Shown piece by piece: positions 1 through 10,103 of a DNA stretch of 64,000 bases. The stretch's first letter is position 1, and each line of letters opens with the position of its first letter. Location: assembly GCA_964252035.1 (NCBI GenBank), contig OZ176210.1; one strand, 5' to 3'. Under the pieces are notes generated by a model, which was not told where the DNA came from, searched no databases, and saw only the letters and a list, made by a program, of their open reading frames with translations. The DNA comes from Podarcis erhardii. Its lineage: Eukaryota. The translations under genes and the position numbers were made by a program.

Positions 1-655
1 ATCAGCTATTTTTGCGCTTTTGGTGTTTCAGAGACTTCCTGAGCTGGAGTGTTCCAGTTGGTGAGATCGTTGCATTTGGGGAGTTGGACAGTTAAGTTTG
101 GGGATGATTTGGCGAGGTGTATGTGCTTGAGCGCTGCCCTTTCCTGCAACATGTCAGCATCGTGAGTCTACAAATGTGGGTGACGCAAAGGAAATATTCA
201 AATTTAGGCTATCTAAGCCCTTCACATTATCTAGGAAAAAGCTGTACTTTGCTCCTAGATCCCTCTCACCTTCAAGAACCTTTTTGACAGCAGCTACAGC
301 GCAGCTTGAGAAGGATAGAATATTTACGGGAGGTGAAAGATGCCACAAACCTTTTGCTGGGAGACTGTTTGGCTGAATGAATATTCCATGATTCACCTCT
401 CCCTAGGTGATGTCACCTACCCTAGTGGAGACAAATGAGTGTGGTAGGGTCAGCTACCTGGGAGGTGAGAGCTGGGAGGACACACCCTTTTCTGTATGTG
501 ACAGAAGTTTAAAATATATCTGTGAGAGAGGATTCTGTACTTATCTCTTCTACCTTTTCTCTGTTCTTTTATTCCTTTTCTTTTTCTTATTTTGTGTGAT
601 TCATTTGTCTTTTATTGTGAAAACTGTTAATAAAGCTTTATCAAAATAAAAATAA
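1..655 (+). mobile_element. Probable LINE (L1-like) 3' end, family unresolved
   Basis: T-rich stretch followed by AATAAA and an A-rich tail (ttaataaagctttatcaaaataaaataaa), as expected of a LINE 3' UTR. No diagnostic protein motif was recognised. Confidence 0.3.
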
Positions 656-850
656 ACATGCAGCCCGTAATTGCCCAACTCTAGCACAGAGCCTGTAGAC
701 TTGTTTTTCCCACCAGCAGTGGCACCACAATCCTCAGCCACGAATATGAACAAAACAATGGACTAAGGTTGCTGCTAGACAAACGAGCATGATGGTCTAG
801 GCAGAGAGTCTAAATTGCATTTCATGTGTCTCAGAGAGTAAATTAAGTCA

Positions 851-1072
<222 letters not shown>

Positions 1073-1511
1073 TTACCTTAAATTTTAGGGAAAGCATAGC
1101 AAGCTTTATATGGATGCCAAAGGTACGCTGCAAAACCACATTAGCCAATCTGCCACCTCAGTGTCACAAGCACACGCACGATGCTGTTCCAGTCTCTTAA
1201 AGGCAACATGACAAAAATAATTGTATGAAAACTAACAACAAACTCACATTGAAATGCCAATTTTTTGGGGGGGAGGGAGACACAAAACAGCAATCTCTCT
1301 CTCAAGACTTGCTGAAAAGCAAGTCAACTTCCCACATAAAATTTAAAATGTATATATTCGGGAAGTGTGACAATACTAAGTTTCCAACCTACACAAATAT
1401 CAACTTAAACCTGTTCATTTATATTCATTAACAAAAATTAAACACTGCTTACTCAACAGAAGACCTCTAAGTAATTCATCAAGAACAATCTGAAATATTA
1501 TTTATTTATTC

Positions 1512-1515
<4 letters not shown>

Positions 1516-1552
<37 letters not shown>
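1516..1552. repeat. (AC)n microsatellite
   Basis: Seen directly. Confidence 0.98.
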
Positions 1553-1554
<2 letters not shown>

Positions 1555-1883
1555 AACTAATAAATAAATAAAAACAAGTTAACACAATACTTTAAATACA
1601 AATAAAATCTGAAATTTTCAAACAATTATTCAAAATAAAAGTACATGTGAAAACTGAGTGCCTGGGTAGACTCGCTGAAACAATTTAATCTATATGCTAA
1701 TGCAAATCCAAATCTTCTGCTGCTCGCACTTACATAGCCAAAACTACACCACCCAGAAAGAAGTTATTAGCAGACATGAGGTAACCCTAAAGTTCACACA
1801 AGTACAAAATAAATCTTTAGAAAAAATTCTAAAGGAGATAAACCTCGAAACCAGCCTAATAAAATAAAATAAAATAAAATAAT

Positions 1884-2121
1884 GTTATTATTTCTGCCCC
1901 ATACACTCTGGGCAACTTCCAACAAATATAAAAGCATAATAAAACATCAAACATGAAAGATTTCCCTATACTGGGCTGCCTTCAGGTGTCTTCTAAAAGT
2001 TGTGTATTTCTTTATCTCCTTGACATCTGAATGGATGGCATTCCACAGGGTGGGAGCCACTACTGAGAAGGCCCTCTGCCTGGTTCCCTGTAACTTCACT
2101 TCTTGCACTGAGGGAACTGCC
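1884..2121 (-). mobile_element. L2 LINE 3' fragment
   Basis: Reverse complement matches the L2 3' end at 43371-43876 in this window (gaaggccctctgcctggtt, ctgccttcaggtgtcttctaaa). Confidence 0.8.
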
Positions 2122-2600
2122 ATAATAACTCAATGACACAGGAAGGAGGTTGTGAGATAAAGTGTTCAGGTGCTTGCCTGCCTGAACACAGGAAGCTGAA
2201 TTTGTTGGGTGGGGTGGGGTGGGGTGGGGAGGGAGTACACCTGCAAGCCCTGCCCTACCCGTTCAATCCCCTTCTTTACGTTCAGCATCGGATTTCTACT
2301 TGTATCCGCTTTAATGCAAGCAGAACCCTCTTCGGCGTGACTGGAGGTCATGATGAACCAGGATCTCCAATCAGAAAAGGTGTTCTACTCGTATTCAAGC
2401 AGAAAATCCCCCATGAAACAATGTTCAGCACAGGGATGGTTGGAAACTGAGTGGGCAGGGTGAAACCGGCAAGGACACTGAAGACCTGCCTGTGGATTCA
2501 GCAAATGCCCAAACACATCTTGAGTGAGGAACAGCTTTCAACCACTTGGGAGGGGCAATGGAATCACATGGTTTGAAAGGGAGGAGGGAGGAAACACAGA

Positions 2601-2602
<2 letters not shown>

Positions 2603-2645
<43 letters not shown>
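2603..2645. repeat. (AT)n microsatellite
   Basis: Seen directly. Further (AT)n tracts lie at 2884-2906 and 3869-3912. Confidence 0.98.
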
Positions 2646-2647
<2 letters not shown>

Positions 2648-2881
2648 CCTCAGGTTAAGTACTTAAATCGTTCCGGAGGTCCGTACTTAACCTGAAACTG
2701 TTCTTAACCTGAAGCACCACTTTAGCTAATGGGGCCTCCTGCTGCTGCCATGCTGCCGGAGCATGATTTCTGTTCTTATCCTGAAGCAAAGTTCTTAACC
2801 TGAAGCACTATTTCTGGGTTAGCGGAGTCTGTAACCTGAAGCGTATGTAACCTGAAGCGTATGTAATCTGAGGTACCACTG
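2646..2881 (-). mobile_element. Tc1/mariner (Tigger-like) non-autonomous MITE, left TIR lost at an (AT)n tract
   Basis: Reverse complement of the 14063-14304 element. It ends with gaggtaccactg and carries the internal cttcaggtta repeats. Confidence 0.85.
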
Positions 2882-2906
2882 TGTATATATATATATATAT
2901 ATATAT

Positions 2907-3865
2907 GCAGGTTATACCCTGCAAAGTCTGCCCAGCCACGTACATTGGACAAACAAACAGACGAATAAATGCACGTATCGCAGAACACAAGAATGCCGTC
3001 AAAAAAGAAGAAAAAACTTCCTCTCTTTTCCAACACATGAAAGAAACAGGACACGAAATTAATTTTGCAGATTCCAAATTGCTCTTTAACACGGAACATC
3101 ACCACAAGAGAATAATCATGGAAGCCATCGAGATAGAGAAACACCCTCACAACATGAACAAGCGTGACGACACATCCCGCTTGCCAGACATCTGGAAATT
3201 AGCCCTCCCCACAAAAACTGACACCAGATCCAGAGGCACACAGAACGCCAACACCAATCAACCACACCAGACCCAAACCCAGACCCTCTCCACAGATGAA
3301 TTACAGACACCATCCAGTAGCCAATCCATGGTGGCACCTCCGGATGCTGCACCCCCCTGCAATCCCTACACAGATCTGGCTGACACAAGCCACAAAACCA
3401 CAGCTCGCCCCTATACACGAAGCCAAGCCAGAGCACAACTAAGTACAGTACAGCCATCTTCTCAGGAAAACTCTTCACAAAGTTCAAGAGGTCAAGACAC
3501 AAAGACTTTAACAACTAATCCACACCTAATGACCCACCTAAGTGGTACTCAGGATATCACTCAAGAAATCACTCAAGATATCTCTCAAGTAATTAAGGAA
3601 CAAAAGAAGAAAAGGCACACTAGCCTGGGAACTTCCTCTCTGCCCAGAACATTGGAGGCTATACACCACACCCCCTCTACAGTATTTATAGGAACTCAAA
3701 CACTGAGATCCTGCTCTGTTCCAGTAACAAGAAGCCGAAAGCACCAGCCTGAAGATGACGAGTGAGACCTCGTCGAAACGTCGCCTAGACACCCCAACTT
3801 TTACACGGGAAGACACCCGAGGACACCAAAACCTGCATTCCTGTACCCGTGAAAATCTACGAAAG

Positions 3866-3868
<3 letters not shown>
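2907..3868 (+). mobile_element. 5'-truncated Penelope-like retroelement: GIY-YIG endonuclease, S/T/Q-rich extension and pLTR
   Basis: Open frame IPCKVCPATYIGQT..RIAEH..SSLFQHMKETGH..EAIEI..NMNKRD..IWK is a PLE GIY-YIG domain with a CCHH motif. It is followed by a hammerhead-like motif and flanked by (AT)n on both sides. Confidence 0.9.
3744..3788 (+). ncRNA. Penelope pLTR minimal hammerhead ribozyme motif with weak stem I
   Basis: CTGAAGA at 3749-3755, stem II gacgag/ctcgtc around loop tgagac, then GAAA-CGTC with a palindromic ACGT stem III and a GUC site. Stem I has only 2 clear pairs (GC/GC). Confidence 0.6.
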
Positions 3869-3914
<46 letters not shown>

Positions 3915-4897
3915 TGAATAAATCATCTCATTGTTTGGGTAGGTCATTCCATGGTTCACACTAAGAATTGCCAGTAGACAAGGATGAAATCCCAGACTGC
4001 AATGTACCTGGGACTGAGCAGCACAATTTCTAGTTTCCTGTGCCAAAAGGAAAAAAGGCCCCAAATGGAGGGGGGAAACCCATCAGACGTCCAAGAGGAC
4101 TAAGCATACTGGCAGGGACAGGAGAGCAGAATGGAGAGGGCAGAAGGGGAACAGAAGCACTGCACACTAACATTTTGTTGCAGAATCTTTCCCATCCTTA
4201 TCTTTATTCTGCTTTAGCACCACAAGCTGGGCTACTCTTCTTTATGACATGAGGGGAGAACTCCCAATTCCATTTTTACTTTTAGCAGTAGTGGTTGCCC
4301 TTTCTTTCCAAGAATAGAAAGAGGCTTCGTAATTATTCCTGCAATTATGCACGAGAAACTCTCCTTCGTAAGAATTTACAGATCTAATTTTCTGCTGACA
4401 TTTAACTCTGAACCAATGGAGAAGCTACATCCCTGACACTGCATGCCAGGAGAGGCATGAATAAATCACGAACTGCCAGAACATTTTTAAATATAAAGAT
4501 ACTGCTTTTAAAATCAGCTGTCTTATTGCTGTTGCAGACTCCTGACAAGCAGAGTGAAGACATCTACAAGTACTATTTAGCAACACTTCATTTGTTCATC
4601 AAGGAAGAGTTTTTACACACTTCGAAGACCTGCAGAATTTGCTAAAAATGAATGACAGCCTTTCAGAGAGGGAGATGCAGCAGCCAAATGTGACTAACAA
4701 AGAATGCAAATGTGTGTCTGCAACAAAGGTTGCTATATTATGCTGATCCTCAAAAGCAATTCAGGTCCAAAGGGAGGTAGTACAGTATATTCTCAACATT
4801 GTGAAGGGATGCTAGCAGCTTGTAACATCCTTCTTTATATGCTTTAGGTTACAAAATATACACCTTGTGCTTCCCACAACATGTGTTAAGCTTAGAT

Positions 4898-5033
4898 CAG
4901 GCATAGGCAAATTCTGGCCCTCTAGATTTTTGGGACTACAATTCCCATCATCCCTAGCTAACAGGACCAGTGGTCATGGATGATGGGAACTGTAGTTCCA
5001 AACATCTGGAGGGCCGGAGTTTGCCTATGCCTG
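4898..5033. mobile_element. hAT (Charlie-like) palindromic MITE, 136 bp
   Basis: TIRs caggcataggcaaa...tttgcctatgcctg. The 8-bp TSD gcttagat is at 4890-4897 and 5034-5041. Confidence 0.92.
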
Positions 5034-5579
5034 GCTTAGATGTTTGCCAAGCAGGGAGATTCCCTGCCTCTTAGTAGACTTGAACCTCTGAGCACCATTT
5101 GTCCAAGACATGGTGTATTAAATCATTTTTAAACACCCTCCATGATTCTAAGAGGCCTTGCCAGAGTCACTAGGATGCCAAGTCAGGAAGTACCCAGGAG
5201 TAAGGCAGGGGATTAACATACACACGACACAGAGGAATTCAGAAACATCAAAATCTACTTTGTTCACAGTAGCCAGTCCCAAGAGACATATTAAGTTTGA
5301 AGTAGTTCTTTTGAAATCTGGCTATAATAGTGCATTCTACCAATTTAAAGATCATTCGGTCCTTGGGAGCTGGCGGGCATCTGATAACAGCATTGCAATA
5401 GTGGAGAGAAAACACAATCAGCTCATAGGTTCCATGTACTCTCACTCAACTAATCATAATTGGCACTCAGCCCCAATGCCGCAGTCATTTCCAGTGAGGG
5501 GGTCTCTCCCCCTCTCCAATTGACTAATTTCTGATTTTGCTGGGAATTTGACAGGATCTGAGTCCAGTCTCCAAGCACT

Positions 5580-6050
5580 CCTTTTGGGTTTTCTTTTTAA
5601 AAGTTTATTGTTTTCATATAAACATGAACCACAAAACATGCAACTTGGTGAACAGTTTTTTACATAAAACCTCGCCCTCCCCACTCACACACAACCACAA
5701 ATTTGAAGGAAAAACATCAGCCTTAGGTAACATAAGGTACCAACGCATTAGTTGAGCGTATTCCTCCCAAATCCCCTCTTTTCAAAGCTGTTCTCAATTT
5801 CAAAACTGCCAGATCCGTTACAGTAAAATCAGAAGACCAGAATTTTGTCCCCAGTTTGAATTTGGAGATACAAGGTCTTTGAAGGTGGATGTCTAGATTT
5901 TGCCCCTTACCAGCAATGCAACTCAACCTACTATGAAATTTTCCCAGCAGAGAGGCGAACACACATAAACCAATATGTAAATTTCATATTTCCCTGAAGA
6001 TAATTGGAAGACGCATCATGCTGCGACTGCAATTTGGTATTAATTTCACA
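5580..6050 (-). mobile_element. Decayed L1-like 3' region
   Basis: Tail-like ttttttaaaagtttattg at the left end. Minus-strand peptides (QGNMKFTYWFMC, DLAVLKLRTALKRGDL) loosely resemble an L1 ORF2 C-terminus. Confidence 0.3.
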
Positions 6051-7648
6051 CAAGGGAAAGAGTATTAAAACTGTCACATCTTAGTGAGGTATTGTCAGTT
6101 CTAGTTCCACAATCATCCTCTTGACCTGAATAAGAGGTGGCTCTGCCGTATCAGACCTCTAGTTCCAACACAGACATTACAAAGACCTTTCAGACCGTGT
6201 TTTAGCATCCATCAGGTAAAAAGGAGAACGAGATGAGAGACTGAAGTTTCTCCTTACATCAGTATTTAACCTAATAAATACAAGGTGGCATTATTAAAGT
6301 GCTAAGTTATACTAACGGTAGGCGCTACTAACTGCTTCTCAGCATGCAGCAGCCTCATAAGGCACCAAGAAAGCACACAGACAATTGCTCATTTGAGATT
6401 AATACTTGCTTCCTACAAATCTGGTGAAACTTCAATTGTTAAAAAAAAGGGGGAGAGAGTGCAAGAGTGAGATGACATTTTTGTAAATGTCTTTCCATCC
6501 AAGGGCAGTCAAGGATATGAACTACGTAGAATCAAAACGACATTCATATCAAGAGTCCTAGACAAAAACACATGCTTAATAACAAACAAACCAATGCCAG
6601 ACAGCAGATAAAATACCATATAAAATTAAGTATTTATTTATTTATTTTTTAAAAAACCCTGCTGTAACAGATCTATTTTGAAAAAGGTAGTGAAGGGACA
6701 TTAAGGAGGGCACAACATGGTTAAATCACTGGGCAGTAATGATATAATCTTGGCACAGCTCAGTGTTTGAAACTCCAATAGTTCTATGCGCATTTTGCGA
6801 CAGGGAATTTCATTAGTGTGAGCAGTTTCTGAGCTCTGGGCGCAGTACTGCACCTAAGATTTCAGATTAAAACTACAAAGTGGAAGGAAAGGAGGAGTTT
6901 TTTCTCCCTCCCCACTTCCAGCTACTCTCTGAAGACTGGAGAAGAGACCCTCTTAAGAATATTGGGGCAGGGGCAGGTGAAGGACTAGGCCATGTGAAAA
7001 ATGAACTTTATATTTCAGCTGTAGTTAATTCATTTTCAACTTTGTATTCTTGTTATTAAAAATGTAAGCCTAGACACACACGTTGTTGCACCCATAACCT
7101 AGGTTTAAGGTGCCATTTAGCTTCTGGCTTTCATATCTCAGTTTCTAACACTGGCACAGCTCCTCTAATCCGTAAGTACCAAGAAGGCTGGTTTATAAAT
7201 CGGTGGGCAGGGAGAAGCGTTATTGCCGTGCAGCATGGAACATGAGCTAGTCAACGTGCATCCTGTGATTTCAGCACAAAAGAAGAAAAAGCACAGAAAA
7301 CATGGGGTGGAAAAATCGGCTTGCTGTTTATTTTTAAATGCCTAGCCCTTATGGCTGCAAAAGTATGTTTGACAACCCTAGTGGACAATGGCTGGTGAAA
7401 TCTCAGAATCCCGACAGGAAGCTAAATAAAGTTTCCAGTGGTCTGAGCGGCAGTGCTTAAATTACTCACACACACTCCACAGGAGTTTCTTGATAGTATA
7501 ACCATTTAGATTGCATAATTCAGTCAAGCCAGACTTTAGTTTTTCTTGAAGCAGAAAAGTTTGTTTTTGTAGGAATACAGGAAGCTGCCTTATACTGAAC
7601 CAGACCCACAGGAGCACATGAGAGGGGGAGTGCAAATCGTCTCAAGAT

Positions 7649-7775
7649 TAATAACAATAATAATTTCCTTATTTACACCCCGCCCATCAGGCTCGGTTTC
7701 CCCAGCCACTCTGGGAGGCTTCCAGCACAATGAAAACATAATAAAAGGTCAAACATTAAAAATTTCAAGATACAG
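7649..7775 (-). mobile_element. L2-type 3' tail fragment
   Basis: accccgcccatc...ccccagccactctgggaggcttccagca is the reverse complement of the L2 tail at 43764-43830. Confidence 0.75.
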
Positions 7776-9324
7776 AATGAGAATCTACTAGGCCTGTGCA
7801 TCTTTGTGATCCACCATGCCAAATCCAGCCCATCAGCCGCATGGTGGCTCAACAGAGACTCAATAAGTCCCCTGGATTTGTTGCCTACCTGGAACAATGA
7901 AAACATAAGGGAGAGCGGCTGTCAGGCACCTTGAAGGTCACTGGAAGTGGCTGTGTTAGGCTTCACATTTGTGGAGGCCTGAAATATACACTCAGCTATT
8001 TGCAACAGGAGTTCAGCCAACCAGATTACCAGACCCGTAAACTTAGACCTTGTTTAACTACCCGTTATAAGCCCTATTCAGACTTTCTTCACACGGAGGC
8101 AAGACACATGGAAGGGGGCAGCAGCTATAATGCTGGCTCTGCTTCCTCCCACAAGAGGAAAAAAAATCTGAAAGCAGGAGCAGAAAACCAACCATAAAAC
8201 TGCAAAAAAGCATTAACAGCAGGCAAAGAAGTGGAAAACATACCAGGTGCTTGAAGTGATATTTGTTTCTGGCCCAACATGTTTTGGAACAAATCCTTCA
8301 TCGGGGGCATATTTCCAGCAGCAATTCTCACCAAATGCACATAGTTTGCTGCTGCTGCTGCTGCTTTTTTGCCTGCCCTCTTTGCATATGCACTTTTAAC
8401 ATGATGTTTACAAAGGAAGACAGGAACTACTGGCTTACATAAGTGGAGATCCCATGCAATGAGAGGTCCTAACTGCATGAAATGCCTACACGTGTGGAGT
8501 TGTAGGCAAGCATGCAGCCCTTTGCAGATGTCTCTACGCTCAGGATGTCAAATAGCCAGTGGTATGGTCTCACTTCACCTTCCCGACATATTCCATCTCT
8601 TCTTGGGGAAGCCCCCAATAGGGTTAGAGAGGTTATCTTCTCTGAACCATAAAAGGAGGGCCCACACAGAAGCCTCAGTTTCTCACCTATAACACGGGGC
8701 GAAAACAAAGTGTTGAAGCACTTGGAAGATTAACAGATTATTCACAGTTTTAAGGATTTGTAGGGTACAGAACATCCCAGATGCTTCCCTTATAAAATAA
8801 GTACAAGGATCAAGAGTCCATATATGCAATACTTGTGCATTAAACAATACACTTCCACACATCAGAAGCTTTTGATGATAAGTATATCCAGTGAATACAC
8901 GTGAGCCCACATATTTCTGGGATATGCAAATACAGTAGGTTTTATGTTAATATTTCACTATGCAATACTAACTTTCCTCTCTTGACAGTGTTATGTCTTC
9001 AATTAAACTCACCAGGATTAACTATAACAAAGGCTTACAAGACAGTGTCAACCCTTGATTTCAAACTGGTTAGGAGGGTCATGTCTTCATTGACACCCAA
9101 ATGGTAATACTGCACCATAGCTCTGACAAAAAACTGGGGTGGGGTGGGGTGAAGAAGTATGCAAGTTTGTGACCCTGGTTTCTTAATGGCTAGGATATTA
9201 GCAGTGTTGCAGCTGAAACGGATCAGATTTATATATTTCAGACTAAGGAAGTATTACCAAACAAACAAGATGCATGCTAAAAAAAATTCCTTCCAGTAGC
9301 ACCTTAGAGACCAACTAAGTTACT

Positions 9325-9364
9325 GGTATGAGCTTTCGTGTGCATGCACACTTCTTCAGATACC
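9325..9364 (-). ncRNA. Intact minimal type I hammerhead ribozyme core, sense to the ZSWIM6 pre-mRNA
   Basis: Minus strand reads GGTAT CTGAAGA A GTGTG CATG CACAC GAAA GCTC ATACC. Stem I (GGUAU/AUACC) and stem II (GUGUG/CACAC) are perfect, stem III is the palindrome AGCU, and the predicted cut is CUC|A between 9330 and 9329. Confidence 0.85.
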
Positions 9365-9492
9365 TGGACTTCCATTTCATGCAGCTCAATGTGGTGCCTT
9401 CCATAGTTCTAGTTACAGGTAGGTAGCAGTGTCGAAACAAAATAAAAAAATTCCTTCCAGTAGCACCTTAGAGACCAACTGAGTTTGTTACT

Positions 9493-9532
9493 GGTATGGG
9501 CTTTCTTGTGCATGCACACTTCTTCATATACA
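9493..9532 (-). ncRNA. Degenerate hammerhead copy
   Basis: Minus strand reads TGTAT ATGAAGA A GTGTG CATG CACAA GAAA GCCC ATACC. It has 4 substitutions relative to the intact copy, including C3>A and U16.1>C. Confidence 0.8.
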
Positions 9533-9923
9533 TGCTGTTGTCACAGTTTCACTAGAAGACAAGGCAGGCTGTTGAATCACCATGCAAGGTCTCTTTCGAT
9601 CTAACCTAACCACCACACCCTCCCTCCCATAAAAAGCAAGTGCCCCCAACTGCTATCAAAATAAGCTCTGTCCATTCAATCTAATGTCTACCAGAAGTCA
9701 CAGGCCCCACTGGAGAACAATCTAATTAAACCAGTGCCATCATGAACAAAGAATACACAGTCAGCTTGTCTCTGCTGCACTTTCCATGGTAAATCTTGTG
9801 AATTTGAGCATGCGCTATTGAGGCGGTGGCTATTTTTATTCATAAACATACACCCTCAGTGGAATCTGGTTTTCTGACAGAGCACTCAGTGAAGAACCTG
9901 CAATGGCTGCTTTGGCTCTTGGA

Positions 9924-10103
9924 NNNNNNNNNNNNNNNNNNNNNNNNNNNNNNNNNNNNNNNNNNNNNNNNNNNNNNNNNNNNNNNNNNNNNNNNNNNNN
10001 NNNNNNNNNNNNNNNNNNNNNNNNNNNNNNNNNNNNNNNNNNNNNNNNNNNNNNNNNNNNNNNNNNNNNNNNNNNNNNNNNNNNNNNNNNNNNNNNNNNN
10101 NNN
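9924..10103. other. Assembly gap (180 N)
   Basis: Run of n characters. Confidence 1.

Larger units (their letters stand above)
9279..9532 (-). mobile_element. Tandem pair of Penelope-type pLTR fragments, each with a hammerhead motif
   Basis: The block aaaaaaattccttccagtagcaccttagagaccaact..actggtatg.gctttc.tgtgcatgcacacttcttca.atac occurs twice, offset by about 164-168 nt. Confidence 0.85.

Noticed and set aside
2206-2232. G-quadruplex-like (GGGGT)n tracts (also ~9138, ~37355, ~53370)
   Set aside because: These are common simple repeats or L1 UTR sequence, with no evidence of function here.
3116-3514. 132-aa minus-strand ORF and other ORFs overlapping the Penelope fragment
   Set aside because: These are antisense shadows of a compositionally biased TE and have no recognisable domain.
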